From Paraspadella gotoi (taxonomy: Eukaryota; Animalia; Chaetognatha): DNA of 9,954 nt. Below, one piece after another: positions 1 through 9,439 of this stretch. The stretch covers positions 1 through 9,954 of the forward strand of contig JBJCIZ010001106.1 of NCBI GenBank assembly GCA_051294375.1, given 5' to 3'. Numbering within the stretch: the stretch's first letter is position 1; each line of letters starts with the position of its first letter. The notes beneath the pieces were generated by a model, which did no database searches, was not told the DNA's origin, and was given only the letters and a program-made list of their open reading frames with translations. A program made the position numbers and the translations under genes.

Positions 1-525
1 ATTCATAATTAACTTTTAGAATTTTCGTATGTAACTTTCATTATGCCTTACTATCTACTAGGCCGGAACAGGTTAAAATTAAAAGTTCTCTCAAATAAAT
101 AATGGTTAAATGACTGTTAAAGATAATGAAAATGAAAATAATTTTTAAAATTTATTTTATTAATTAGTGCACGGAAGCATTTAAAGATTATTTTATTACT
201 ATATAAAGTTTAAATTTTTTTTTAATTTTTGATTCTGATAAAGCTTTAAAAGTTAGATAAAGGTTATTAATTCAAATTTTAAAAAATTGTTTGTTTTATT
301 GATGGAAATTTTAAAAAACTATCAAATTCAGCCAATGATGATGATGATGATGATTTTTTTAAGGTTTTTTTATTTTCAACCAATTTATTATCAAATTTTA
401 AAAAAATTGTAGTACTAACCTTCATTTTACTTTTCAAGCTCTATAGGAATCTGTTATTAAAAAATACAATTTTTAAAAAAAATTTTTTTATTCGTTATAT
501 ATTAATAAATATTTAAAATCTTCAG

Positions 526-635
526 TGCAACAACCCAATGAACTAATTCAAAAAGTTGCATTGAAAATCGATTTAACAATAGAAAGAAAAAAGGAATTTT
601 TTTGAGAGAACTAAAAGTTATAAAAAGTGTTCAAT
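526..635 (+). other. Possible protein kinase subdomain II-III exon fragment
   Basis: After CTTCAG (525): QQPNELIQKVALKIDLTIERKKEFF/LRELKVIKSVQ, giving VALK plus an alphaC-like Glu. Needs one extra T in the T7 run at 597-603. Confidence 0.25.
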
Positions 636-728
636 TTTGGCCCGCCTTACTATCCACGCTTCCAACGTGGCGCGCCAATCGCAATCTAGTCTCTACCGAT
701 TCCGGTTTACTTTCTTTCTTCTTTTCAG

Positions 729-1229
729 TGACAATGAGAATCATGACGAAAATGATGACAAAAACAACAAAAACGACGAGGACGACAACAACATCGAAAA
801 CAACAACAACAACAACAAAGACGGCAATCTCCTTTCGGTTTCCGTCGATGATCTTCGGTCGACATCAGCGGAGACGCCGGTTTGTTTTTCTTCTTCTTCG
901 TCGGGTTTGGCGAGTCCCACTGTACCTCTTTAAATTTTGGGACCGAGAGACTAAAAAACTAAAACATTCAAAAACTACCTCAACAGAAAATTCAGTTTCG
1001 CGCAAAATCAAACTACGAATCAAATGACCATGTCAAATCTATCAACATGACACAGTTGTTAGGACCCGCCGGTCCGTCCTCCTCCTAAAACGCCCCCGAG
1101 AATATTCGAAGAACATTTGAGGAAACTCCTCAACCCCGGCGAGATGCTTCGGTAGTCCAGAGATTCTTCAAAGGCATGATTTGGTGGCTTGAGCAGATCG
1201 ACGATCAAATAGTCTCTTTATTTCGCTGA
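729..1229 (+). other. Possible terminal exon: D/N-rich start, ending ...KGMIWWLEQIDDQIVSLFR*
   Basis: Polypyrimidine tract with TTTTCAG acceptor ending at 728, stop at 1227-1229 and AATAAA at ~1259. Interrupted by stops or frameshifts. Confidence 0.25.
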
Positions 1230-1307
1230 GTTTATGAAGAGTTTAAAAAGGGTACCTTAATAAAATAATCAAACAGTACTATAAAGAATGGTTATCAAAA
1301 TTATTAT

Positions 1308-1663
1308 TTAAACACTCAAAAGAATTACAAAAATCAGTATAAACTCAAAAACCAATGAATAAACTAAAGCACAAATGACGAAATGATCCAAACGATAAAT
1401 CCTTGTGACGAAGTAAAGTTCGAACGATTCGCGAGTCTTTGTATCTAACACAGTCGTCGTCGTTTGACATTTACTATAAAATTTTCTATTCGTCGCTTTT
1501 GTTTGTCGTGGATGTCACCTCCGTCATCATTATCAATGTCTTCCTCATCTTTGTCGTCGTCATCGTCGCTGTCATCGCAATCGTCGTCGTCGTCGTCATC
1601 GTCGTCCCCCCTGAGGCAGGAATTCCCGATGTTGGGTCTCAAAAACGTAAAAATTTGCATCAT
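1308..1663 (-). other. Possible coding end: Asp-rich tract followed by a hydrophobic C-terminus
   Basis: The poly-D ORF 1663-1445 overlaps a second open frame ...ESFELYFVTRIYRLDHFVICALVYSLVFEFILIFVILLSV* (stop 1310-1308). One frameshift would join them. Confidence 0.2.
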
Positions 1664-2772
1664 CGTGCTTCCTCGTGCTCGCGTGAGAGAGAGAGAGAGA
1701 GAGAGAAACTAGTTTGAAGCGAGGATTTTTCAGGTTTTGTAAAGAGAAGGTCTTCGCCGATTCGAACTTCTCATCCGCATCAATTCCAATTTCGATTAAA
1801 AACCCAAATTATTATTTTTTCAAATCGGATTTTTCAAAAATTATCGGCCAAAATTACTCGCAACGATTTGATACAATTATTTTTTTTTTTTTTTATTTTT
1901 ACTAGTGTGAACAATTTCAAGAATTTCTTTTCGTAGTAGATCGTATGATACCGAATAATATGAATTAATAAATATTTTACAACCTGACTGGTTAATTTCC
2001 ATTTATTCATACATCGTTGTTTAATTCCGTTTTGCATTTTTCCCTCTCGTCTTTTGCCACTCTCCGCTAATCTCTTTTTCTCTCTCCCTTTCTTTATTCA
2101 ACAGGTTATTCTCCTTACATTAACACACCCTCGACTCGCTTATCGGTTTTGCCTCAACTCCCTTCATTCTTTCTTTTTTATAGCTTCGACTTATTTCTCT
2201 TTCTTTTTCCTTCTTTATTTTTTATTTTGATCCTTTTTTTTTCTTGACGACTTAATCAGCTGTCCGAACTCAACGCTCAATGCTCAACGCTCGTGATTCG
2301 TCCGCCTCACGATCTTCACTGAGACCATAGAACGTTCTCTGATATTGTTTATCAGCTAATTAATACGTCTCGAGCTGTCAGCTGTTATCTGTTATCAGAA
2401 ACCGCGCTTTATCAGCGACCGGGCCTCTCAGCGACCGCCTATCAGGGGTGACGAAAAACACCAATAGCCGACCCCGGATTTCATTTTTGGGCGTGTTTCC
2501 GAAAAACTGATTACGAAGTCCTTTGTTATAAAAAATAAAACAAAAAACCTCTTGAAGTTTTGAGTTCACTTTTCGAGAAACAAGAACTGGGCAGTTTCGT
2601 CGTGCACCTAGACGCTAAAAAAAAAGTTCAAAAGGCGAATTCTAACGAGCAGACTACGATTTATCGATGTTTACTTTTCGCTCTTACTCTGCGCCCGTTT
2701 CTTAACATTTCGTCGTTACCGCGGATTTATTTTTATTTGTTTTCAAAATCGAAAAACGGTTAATGTGAATCT

Positions 2773-2898
2773 TTGGACGACGCGTCCAAGATCGACGATC
2801 GAAGTTTGATTTACGAGGGTCGAGTTTCGAGTTCGCTGGAAAATCGAGGATCCAACTCGTCGGACATGGATTGATAAGAATTGAACATTTGATTCAAG
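2773..2898 (+). pseudogene. Chromodomain-like coding fragment (frameshifted exon or relic)
   Basis: LDDASKIDDRSLIYE/VEFRVRWKIEDPTRRTWIDKN/EHLIQ matches chromodomain spacing (compare HP1 [23 protein letters not shown]). Possible donor AG|GT at 2899. Needs two frame changes. Confidence 0.4.
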
Positions 2899-3406
2899 GT
2901 TTGGTGGCATAAAGATCGGTGGTTAACTTGAAATCACATCATGATCACTCCGAAGGTCTGTCTATTATTAAAACTACGGCAGAGAGGTCGCCACATTCGA
3001 TTGCGCGAACAAAAGATCTCACGTGGGCAAAAAATCGCGATCGACGGGGAATCGAACTGGAAAGGTTCGATCGTTTATTCATTCGTTCGCCCCTTCGTTC
3101 ATTTCTTCACTTCCTCGTTCATTCCCTCGTTCTCTACTCTTTTTTTTCTTTGCCAATGTAAACCACTCAGAAACCCAAAGGGGGAAAACGAACAGAGGAG
3201 AAAAATCAACATTTGAAAATCAAATCGGGAAAAGAAAACTGAAAGACTTCAAGAACGAAAAGAGGCGAGAAAAAAAGGTTGTGGTTAAAAATCTGACGAA
3301 ATTACAGATTAATTGATAATCGATATTGATTCAGGTCAGCTTCTTTGTGACGTCGTCGTTGTCGTCAGCGTCACGCTGTTTTTATATAACAAGTTTGAGC
3401 AAACAA

Positions 3407-3644
3407 TCCCGAGTGTGACGGTTTTGTTGACTGATACCATAGCAGCTTAATAGGTGATCCGTTCGCCGCCTGGAGTTTTTGTCTCGGATTTGGTCCTTTC
3501 AGGCGTTGTTCGCGGGTTGGAGGTATGATTGATAGAAGGGCGCCGCCGTCTACCAACCATTTCACCTGCTCTCTGAATCCCTGATGTAAGGAGGTCGCTC
3601 GCTGCTGGTGAAAATGATTCTGGCTGGGGGACGGCGTTCACCAA
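3407..3644 (-). pseudogene. pol: Retropepsin-type aspartic protease, 5' part of pol, truncated
   Basis: Reconstructed across frameshifts as DLL/(Y)IRDSES/KWLVDGGALLSIIPPT...KLQAANGSPIK/CYG...KTVTLG. This is the typical Gypsy protease layout (xLxDxGA, AANG). Confidence 0.85.
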
Positions 3645-3666
3645 CGGCGCCCCCTTTCCGTTTCCC
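3626..3666 (-). promoter_or_regulatory. -1 programmed ribosomal frameshift signal at the gag/pol junction
   Basis: Minus strand reads G GGA AAC (X XXY YYZ), a 5-nt spacer GGAAA, then stem-loop GGGGGCGCCGTT-GGTG-AACGCCGTCCCC (11 of 12 pairs including one G:U). It lies between the gag knuckle and the protease. Confidence 0.75.
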
Positions 3667-4524
3667 TCAGTGATGCTTTTGCAGTTCTTTGTACTTTGAG
3701 CAGCCCGGTCGCATGATCGGGCGTTATCTCCGAATTTTAGATGCTTGCTGCAAAGTGTGAGAAGCTTAGTTTTTTGTTTCTCTTTGACTTTGTTCCGGCG
3801 CTCTTTCCATTTCTCTTCTTCCGCTTGGAGTGTCGACTGGCATTGACGGCGTCGTCGTCGTCGTCGTCGTCGCTGTCCGTTTCTGACGGTAGGCGGCGCT
3901 GATGGTTGCCTTCGATGTGTGACTTGTGCAGTCGGCTGACAGATCTTTGGTTTACCCTCATTGTCGTAGTGCCGATCTGCAGTTGACAGAGGTCGCGGGC
4001 GGTCAGTTCCTCGCCTTCTCCTCAGTTGCCGGCGGATTTCGCGGCAGTCCTGAAGGATTTTCTCCTTGCGTAAGTCGTCGAGAGTGAGAGTCCGAGTTTC
4101 TCCTCTAAGAGTGCCAGAGCCCTTGACGCTTGATGCCGTCGATGTCGATGTTGTCGAGGAGGTGAGTAGCTTGTGGCGCCGAGTAAATCCATATCATCCT
4201 TAAGTATTGAAGGAACTGGGTCCAGGCCTCCTCCGTCGCTTCCATCCGAATAGAAACTGATTTATTTTGGGATCCACTTTGATCCCAATTTTGATTCAGA
4301 GGTAAAGCGAATTTGTTTTTCGTGGTGGAGAGGCGGCAGCGACGTAAGCTGCCTCACTCTTCTAATCCAAATCTCGATGTTGGATGAATCGAATTCCGGA
4401 ATGGGCTTTCGGTTTGACGCTCTCTCGAGGGCGCGATCGCCGCCGTCAGTGCGGCGCGCAATTCGTTGTTTATGTGGCGTAGTTCCCTTCCTTCAGCGTT
4501 GTCGGTCGGTTGGTCGGTCGCCAT
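3640..4524 (-). pseudogene. gag: Gypsy gag, multiply frameshifted
   Basis: Candidate ATG at 4524 (MATDQPTD...). KPIPEFDSSNIEIWIRRV at 4408-4355 resembles the P-F-x6-W gag N-terminus. Further fragments are EAWTQFLQYLR (~4230-4198), ELTARDL/ADRHYDNEGKP (~4010-3950) and LCSKHLKFGDNARSC(D)/PGC (3755-3700). Joining them needs several frame changes. Confidence 0.8.
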
Positions 4525-4819
4525 GTCGCGTTCCAAATTAGGCGACGCGCTCTTTGAGCGTTGAAACTTAGAGCAGCGTTCGAGTCTGAAGACGTTGGTT
4601 TTGACCGTCGTCCTCGCTGAAGGCTGGGGATGAGCTGCGGCGCCGCGGCGTCGGCCTGCGGCTCGTCGGCGTTGTCGAGATGAGCGGGATATTGGGGGTA
4701 TGGGGCAGGTGGAAAAAGTGTGAGCGGAATGGGTGATCACGCTTAATTCCAATTCTTCACCCAGTTCTTACCTCGGAGTGGTAATGTCGCTCCTCTGCCC
4801 CGTTCGAATGGCGGCATTC

Positions 4820-4828
4820 GGCTCACCA
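4820..4828 (-). promoter_or_regulatory. Putative primer binding site (TGGTGAGCC)
   Basis: TGG lies 2 nt after a CA (plus-strand TG at 4831-4832), about 300 nt upstream of the gag ATG, at a GC-rich to AT-rich transition. It resembles the complement of a tRNA-Arg(ACG) 3' end (TGGCGAGCC) with one G:U pair. Confidence 0.55.
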
Positions 4829-4830
4829 GG

Positions 4831-5549
4831 TGGGTAAGTCATCGGAAGGCCGCTGAGGTTTGATTAGAGGCGTCGATAGAGTTGACACATGTGATGTGAT
4901 AGTTCTAAGATGATACAGTTCATCGCAGGGAAAGTCTCACATGGGATTTCAAATTGATTGTTTCATTTTGATTGGTTGTTTAATCAGATTTGAGGTAAAG
5001 GTTTTTCTTTATCACTTAATGTATTTCTTACCTTTGAAAATATTAAGTAAAAACATTGTGAAAATAATTGTAGAAGCAAGTTTATTTCATCAGGAGAAAA
5101 TCAGTCTATCAATCAGAGGGCAATCAGTTTCAAGTAAACAATCAAAATAATTCAGTTGGCGGCAAGGCTCTTTTTAGCCTCTAACAAAAAGGAAAAAAAC
5201 AAAAGGCTTCAACTTGATTCACAGAATAGTTCACTCAGATTGGCCGCATGTATCCCTATCAGAACATACAATTCTACAAAGGTAGTCTTATCCCTATTGG
5301 TAAAAAAAATCATATATAAACGTTGGTCCCCCCTAAAAAATTATCCATTCCACCTTTCTGTTCAGCCTCTTAGATATTATGATTTTTCATTAATGACTTT
5401 CTAACAAAATGATGTGTGATATCTATTAGAAAACTAGGACAGATAGTAATCTAACCTTGTGTTGTATAGATGCTCCCTCTATTACCAGAAGACAACACTG
5501 ACTTCCCCTTCCCGAATTGAATTATTAGATAAATAAATATAATATAACA
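4831..5549 (-). repeat. Candidate 5' LTR of the Gypsy element (outer boundary uncertain)
   Basis: Ends in CA next to the PBS. Candidate TG start (TGTTATA) at 5549 beside an A-run. Minus-strand TATATA at ~5317-5312 and AATAAA at 5086-5081. No second LTR is present in the window to confirm it. Confidence 0.35.
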
Positions 5550-6451
5550 TTAAAAAAAAAAAAAAAAAAGAAGAAAGCAATATATATTTGTTTAGATAAT
5601 ATAGATTAAATACTAAATCCTTCATAAATATAAAAATAGAAAATAGTGAAACAAGTAATTTGCAAATTTTTCATACAATGTTTTTTAGATTTTAAATTTT
5701 TATAATTTATTCCTTTTTTCATATTTCATTTCTATTTTTTTCTAATGTTTAATAATCTAAATCTGTATATATATTAGTAAACTGCTATCCTCGAAAGTCT
5801 AAACAACGACAAACCGACTACTGTTTTTTTCCACGCGCATCGCCTGAGCCGGCGTTTGACCGCCCACGCCATTCGCTCGTAACCATCGTGGCACCGCCTC
5901 TTCTCTCTCTCTCTCCTCTCTCTCCTCTCTCTTCTCTCCTTTTTTCGTGCGGAAGAAATAAGATAAAAAAGCAACGCTCGATTACATCCGAAATATCTAT
6001 CCACTAGGCGTAGTAAAAATTTCTAAATTTAACTTTAATTTAAATTCTAAAAGTGAGGAATGAACAATATTATACTAAGGAACATTTATGTAATAAAAAA
6101 ATGTATAATAAAATTTTACAATCTACGCAGTAGGCCATATTTATACTAGTACTAAACCAATAAATGTTAAAATTTTAAAACAGTTTTTTCTAAGATTTTT
6201 TGCAGATTTGGATTCGCATAAAAGTGATAAAAAAATAAAACTCTTTTAAAAAATTCCTTCATTAAGTGGTAAAATTTAGAAAAAAGCTATAGTTTTAAGC
6301 TAAAAATTATTTTTAGTCGGATCTGCTTATCAGGCAGATCCCGCTCTATAACTCACTTTTCGGTCCGTCGGTCCCCCCCTCATATTGTCGGGCACACACT
6401 TATATCATGTCAGAACATCGAATTATGATAAATTATGCAAAAAAAAACGAT

Positions 6452-6608
6452 GTCCGTCCGTCCGTCTGTCCGTCCGTCCGTCCGTCGTCCGTCCGGTCCG
6501 TCGTCCGTCCGTCCGTCCGTCCGTCCGTCCGTCGTCCGTCCGTCCGTCCGTCGTGCCGTCGTTCGTCCGTCCGTCCGTTCCGTCCGTCCGTCCGTCCGTC
6601 CGCCGTCC
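6452..6608 (+). repeat. Imperfect (GTCC)n microsatellite
   Basis: Directly visible, with a short precursor CGGTCCGTCGGTCC at 6361-6374. A GTCY tract is a DINE-1/HINE hallmark. Confidence 0.97.
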
Positions 6609-7126
6609 CACCTTAGCAAAAAACTCCAATTACTCGTGATTGGATGGATGGATTGGTATGAAATTTTGTGTTGGGTAGGAAATGGCTATGAAGTTTGAGG
6701 GAATCGTGCGAGTGGAAATTGGTTTAAATGGAAAAAACAAAAAAATATTTTCACTATTGACGCCAATTGCTCATGAGTGGATAGGGCAATTGACTTGAAA
6801 TTTTGATGATGGTAGAGAAGTGTGAGATGAGCTGGATATAAAGTTTCGATGGAATTCGTGCGAGTGGAAATGAGTTAAAATGGAAAAAACAAAATTCATT
6901 ACTTAAAGTATTTTTTACTTAAATTTACTCATAATTATTTATGTTTATTAAAATTGGATAGATAAATCGAAATGGAATTTGTGTGTGGGTAGGGAAAGTA
7001 TGTGATAAAGCTGGATATAAATTTTTGATGGAATCGTAGGAGTGGAAAAAGAGTTCAAATTAGAAAACCAAAAAGACACATTTATTTGAATTTTTTAAAG
7101 TTTCTCTCTCTCATCTCTCTTCTCTC

Positions 7127-7197
<71 letters not shown>
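7127..7197 (+). repeat. (TGAT)17 perfect microsatellite, preceded by a CT-rich tract
   Basis: Directly visible. Confidence 0.97.
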
Positions 7198-7610
7198 CCA
7201 AAATTATGCCCAATTGACAAAATATGCCAGTTGACAAAATTTCTTAAAGTTTCCCAAATATTATGCCAGTTGACGCAGATTCTGCATAGTTGATTAAGTT
7301 CTGCAAGTTGACCAGAATTATGCTCTGTTGACCAAATTATGCTGTTGACCAAATCAATGCAAGTTGACCAAATTTATGCCAGTTTGACCAAAAAATTATG
7401 CCTAGTTGACCGACAAATTAGGCAAGTTGATAAAAATTTATGGCCAGTTGACAAATTATGGCCGGTTGACCCAAATATCTTAATTGATCAAATTATGTCG
7501 TGTGACCAAATTAAATGTCAGTTTGACCAAAAATTATGTCAGTTGGACCAAATTAATGTAAGTTTGACCAAATATGCAAGTTGATTAATTATGCAAGTTG
7601 AACAAGTTAG
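7195..7610 (+). repeat. ~18-bp minisatellite, about 21-22 copies, consensus TGACCAAATTATGCAAGT
   Basis: Head-to-tail units of 17-22 nt, counted by the recurring GTTGAC/TTGA anchor. Confidence 0.92.
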
Positions 7611-8441
7611 CTTTATTACCCACTTAATTATCGATTGGGAAAAAAAACCCCCCCTGGAATTTTGTATGTGGGTAGGAAAGTGTGTGATTGAACAGGAAAT
7701 CAAGTTTCGATGGAATAGTTTGAGTGGAAATGAGTTTAAATGGAAAAAAACAAAAAACCTGTTTTACTAATTGATTATGCTTCTTTTTCCTTTTATATTA
7801 AATGTATCTGCAGGATGTATTAATAAATCAAATAATTAATCAGTTAATTAATCAATTAGTAAATAAATTAATCAATAATTAATTAATTAGTCAATCAAAT
7901 CCGTCCATCCGTCCCATCTTAGCAAAAAGCTCCAATAACTCGTGATTGGCTGGTTGGATTGGAATTAAATTTTGTGTGTGGGTAGGAAAGTGTGTGATAA
8001 AGCTGGATATAAAATTTCGATGGAATCGAGTGAGTGGAAATTAGTTTAAATGGAAAAAACATAAGTCGAATTTACTAAAATCTTTTTACTTATTTTAACC
8101 AATAAATACTCCAATTAATCATAATTGGATGGATAGATTGAGTTGAAATTTTGTGTGTGGGTAGGAAAACGTATGACGAAGCTTGATATAAAGTTTCAGT
8201 GGAAACGTACCAGTGGAAATGAGTTTAAATGAAAAAAATATGAGTCACATTTACTTGAATCTTTTTATTTATTTTAACCCATGATAGATTGAGATGAAAT
8301 TTTGTGAGCCGGTAGGAAAGTGAGTGAAGAAGCTAGATATAAAGTTTTGACGGAATGCAAGTTGAAAAATTATGAAAGTTGAAAAAATGATGCAAGTTAA
8401 AAAAATCTTAAAAGCATAAGGATCGTCGCTATTGCATAAAA

Positions 8442-8472
<31 letters not shown>

Positions 8473-8645
8473 GAGAGAGAGAGAGAGAGTGAGAGAGAAA
8501 GAGAGAGAGTGAGAGAGAGAGAGAGAGAAGGAGACATAAAATAAAAAAATCTTAAAAGACTCAAGATCGAGCCAGAGCCCACTATCATAGAAAATTAATG
8601 AAAAAAACCGGGAAAAAAACGAATGAATCATGCGATAACGAATTG

Positions 8646-8853
8646 TTGATGTACTAGTAATTGATTGAGGTAATACTAATTGATTGATGTAATAGTAATT
8701 TATTGATGTAATAGGAATTGATTATTGATTCGATGATAATCAATTATTGATGCGATGATAGTCATTCACTGCTGTGATGATAGTCATTCAGTGATGCGAT
8801 GATTGTCATTCATTGATGCGATGATTGTCATTCATTGATGCGATGATAGTCAA
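8646..8853 (+). repeat. Two abutting related minisatellites (19-bp x4, then 22-bp x6)
   Basis: TTGATGTAATAGTAATTGA-like units at 8646-8722, then ATTGATGCGATGATAGTCATTC-like units at 8724-8853. Confidence 0.85.
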
Positions 8854-8882
8854 TAAAACAAACAAATGCGTGTATGAGTGAA

Positions 8883-8913
<31 letters not shown>

Positions 8914-8918
8914 AAGAA

Positions 8919-8954
<36 letters not shown>

Positions 8955-9271
8955 AGAAAGAGAATAAATCCACGAAAATCTCGGATGAAAATATGGGATT
9001 TTGTATTGAAAAAAAGCGCGGAATAAATGGCAATAATAAAAAGTTTTTAGAAGGAAAAAAATAATCAGAATTTTTCAAAAAACAAACGATCACGCAAAAG
9101 ATCGGACAGATAGGGACAGACACACACAGAGAGACAGAGAGACAGAGAGAGAGAGAGAAAAAGAGAGAGAGACAGCCGCTGCAGAGAAAAAGAGAAAGAG
9201 CGATATATAATAATTAAAAGAGAGAGAGAGAGAGAAGCTCTACAGCCCCTTTACTCGTTAAAGAATCAGCA

Positions 9272-9352
9272 GTACTTATGGCGCCGCACGTAGCGTGAGC
9301 TATTCTTACCCAAAGGACCCGGGTTCGCGCCCTGTTCGCGGCATCGTTTTTT
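9272..9352 (+). other. tRNA-derived pseudogene or SINE-head-like sequence with Pol III A/B-box-like motifs and a T6 terminator
   Basis: D-arm TG-GCGC-cgcacgta-GCGT (9279-9296), variable loop AGGAC, T-arm CGGG-TTCGCGC-CCTG (9320-9334) and TTTTTT at 9347-9352. The acceptor and anticodon stems do not pair, so this is not a functional tRNA. Confidence 0.6.
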
Positions 9353-9394
9353 ACATTAGTGAACCCACATTATATCTAAAAAATTTTTTGTAAA

Positions 9395-9439
<45 letters not shown>

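Larger units (their letters stand above)
3407..4832 (-). mobile_element. Truncated Ty3/Gypsy LTR retrotransposon internal region (PBS-gag-protease; RT/RNH/IN absent)
   Basis: Colinear on the minus strand: CA..TGG PBS-like site (4832-4820), gag motifs (4408-4355; 3755-3700), slippery site (3666-3660), protease LVDGGA...LQAANGSPI (3565-3447). Similarity stops after 'KTVTLG' near 3407. Confidence 0.9.
6660..8370 (+). repeat. Seven diverged copies of an ~80-95 bp core repeat
   Basis: Core GAAATTTTGTGTGTGGGTAGGAAAG...GCTGGATATAAAGTTTCGATGGAATCG..GAGTGGAAATGAGTTTAAATGGAAAAAAC starts at about 6660, 6797, 6975, 7657, 7966, 8145 and 8296 (last copy partial). Confidence 0.92.

Noticed and set aside
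364-438. Intron with TACTAAC branch point (413-419)
   Set aside because: The same bases read as a minus-strand donor (AG|GTTAGT), and no coherent flanking reading frame could be built on either strand.
84-612. 12-bp inverted match AGTTCTCTCAAA / TTTGAGAGAACT as MITE TIRs
   Set aside because: Short, in very AT-rich DNA, with no target-site duplication evident.
2919-3316. Three overlapping short plus-strand ORFs
   Set aside because: Low-complexity sequence with no recognisable domain.
3378-3391. TGTTATAT on the minus strand as the start of a 3' LTR matching 5549
   Set aside because: Identity is limited to 8 nt, with no polypurine tract and no further LTR similarity.
5774-6004. GC-rich patch and 76-aa ORF
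   Set aside because: The ORF is driven by a CT repeat, with no recognisable motif or element termini.
6385-6698. Five overlapping ORFs (RPSV/DGRT repeats)
   Set aside because: Artefacts of the stop-free (GTCC)n microsatellite.
7195-7610. CRISPR-like periodicity and ORFs 7095-7352 and 7339-7584
   Set aside because: Units are head-to-tail with no unique spacers, there are no cas genes and the context is eukaryotic. The ORFs are repeat translations.
9272-9343. Functional tRNA gene
   Set aside because: The acceptor and anticodon stems do not pair; kept only as a tRNA-derived sequence.
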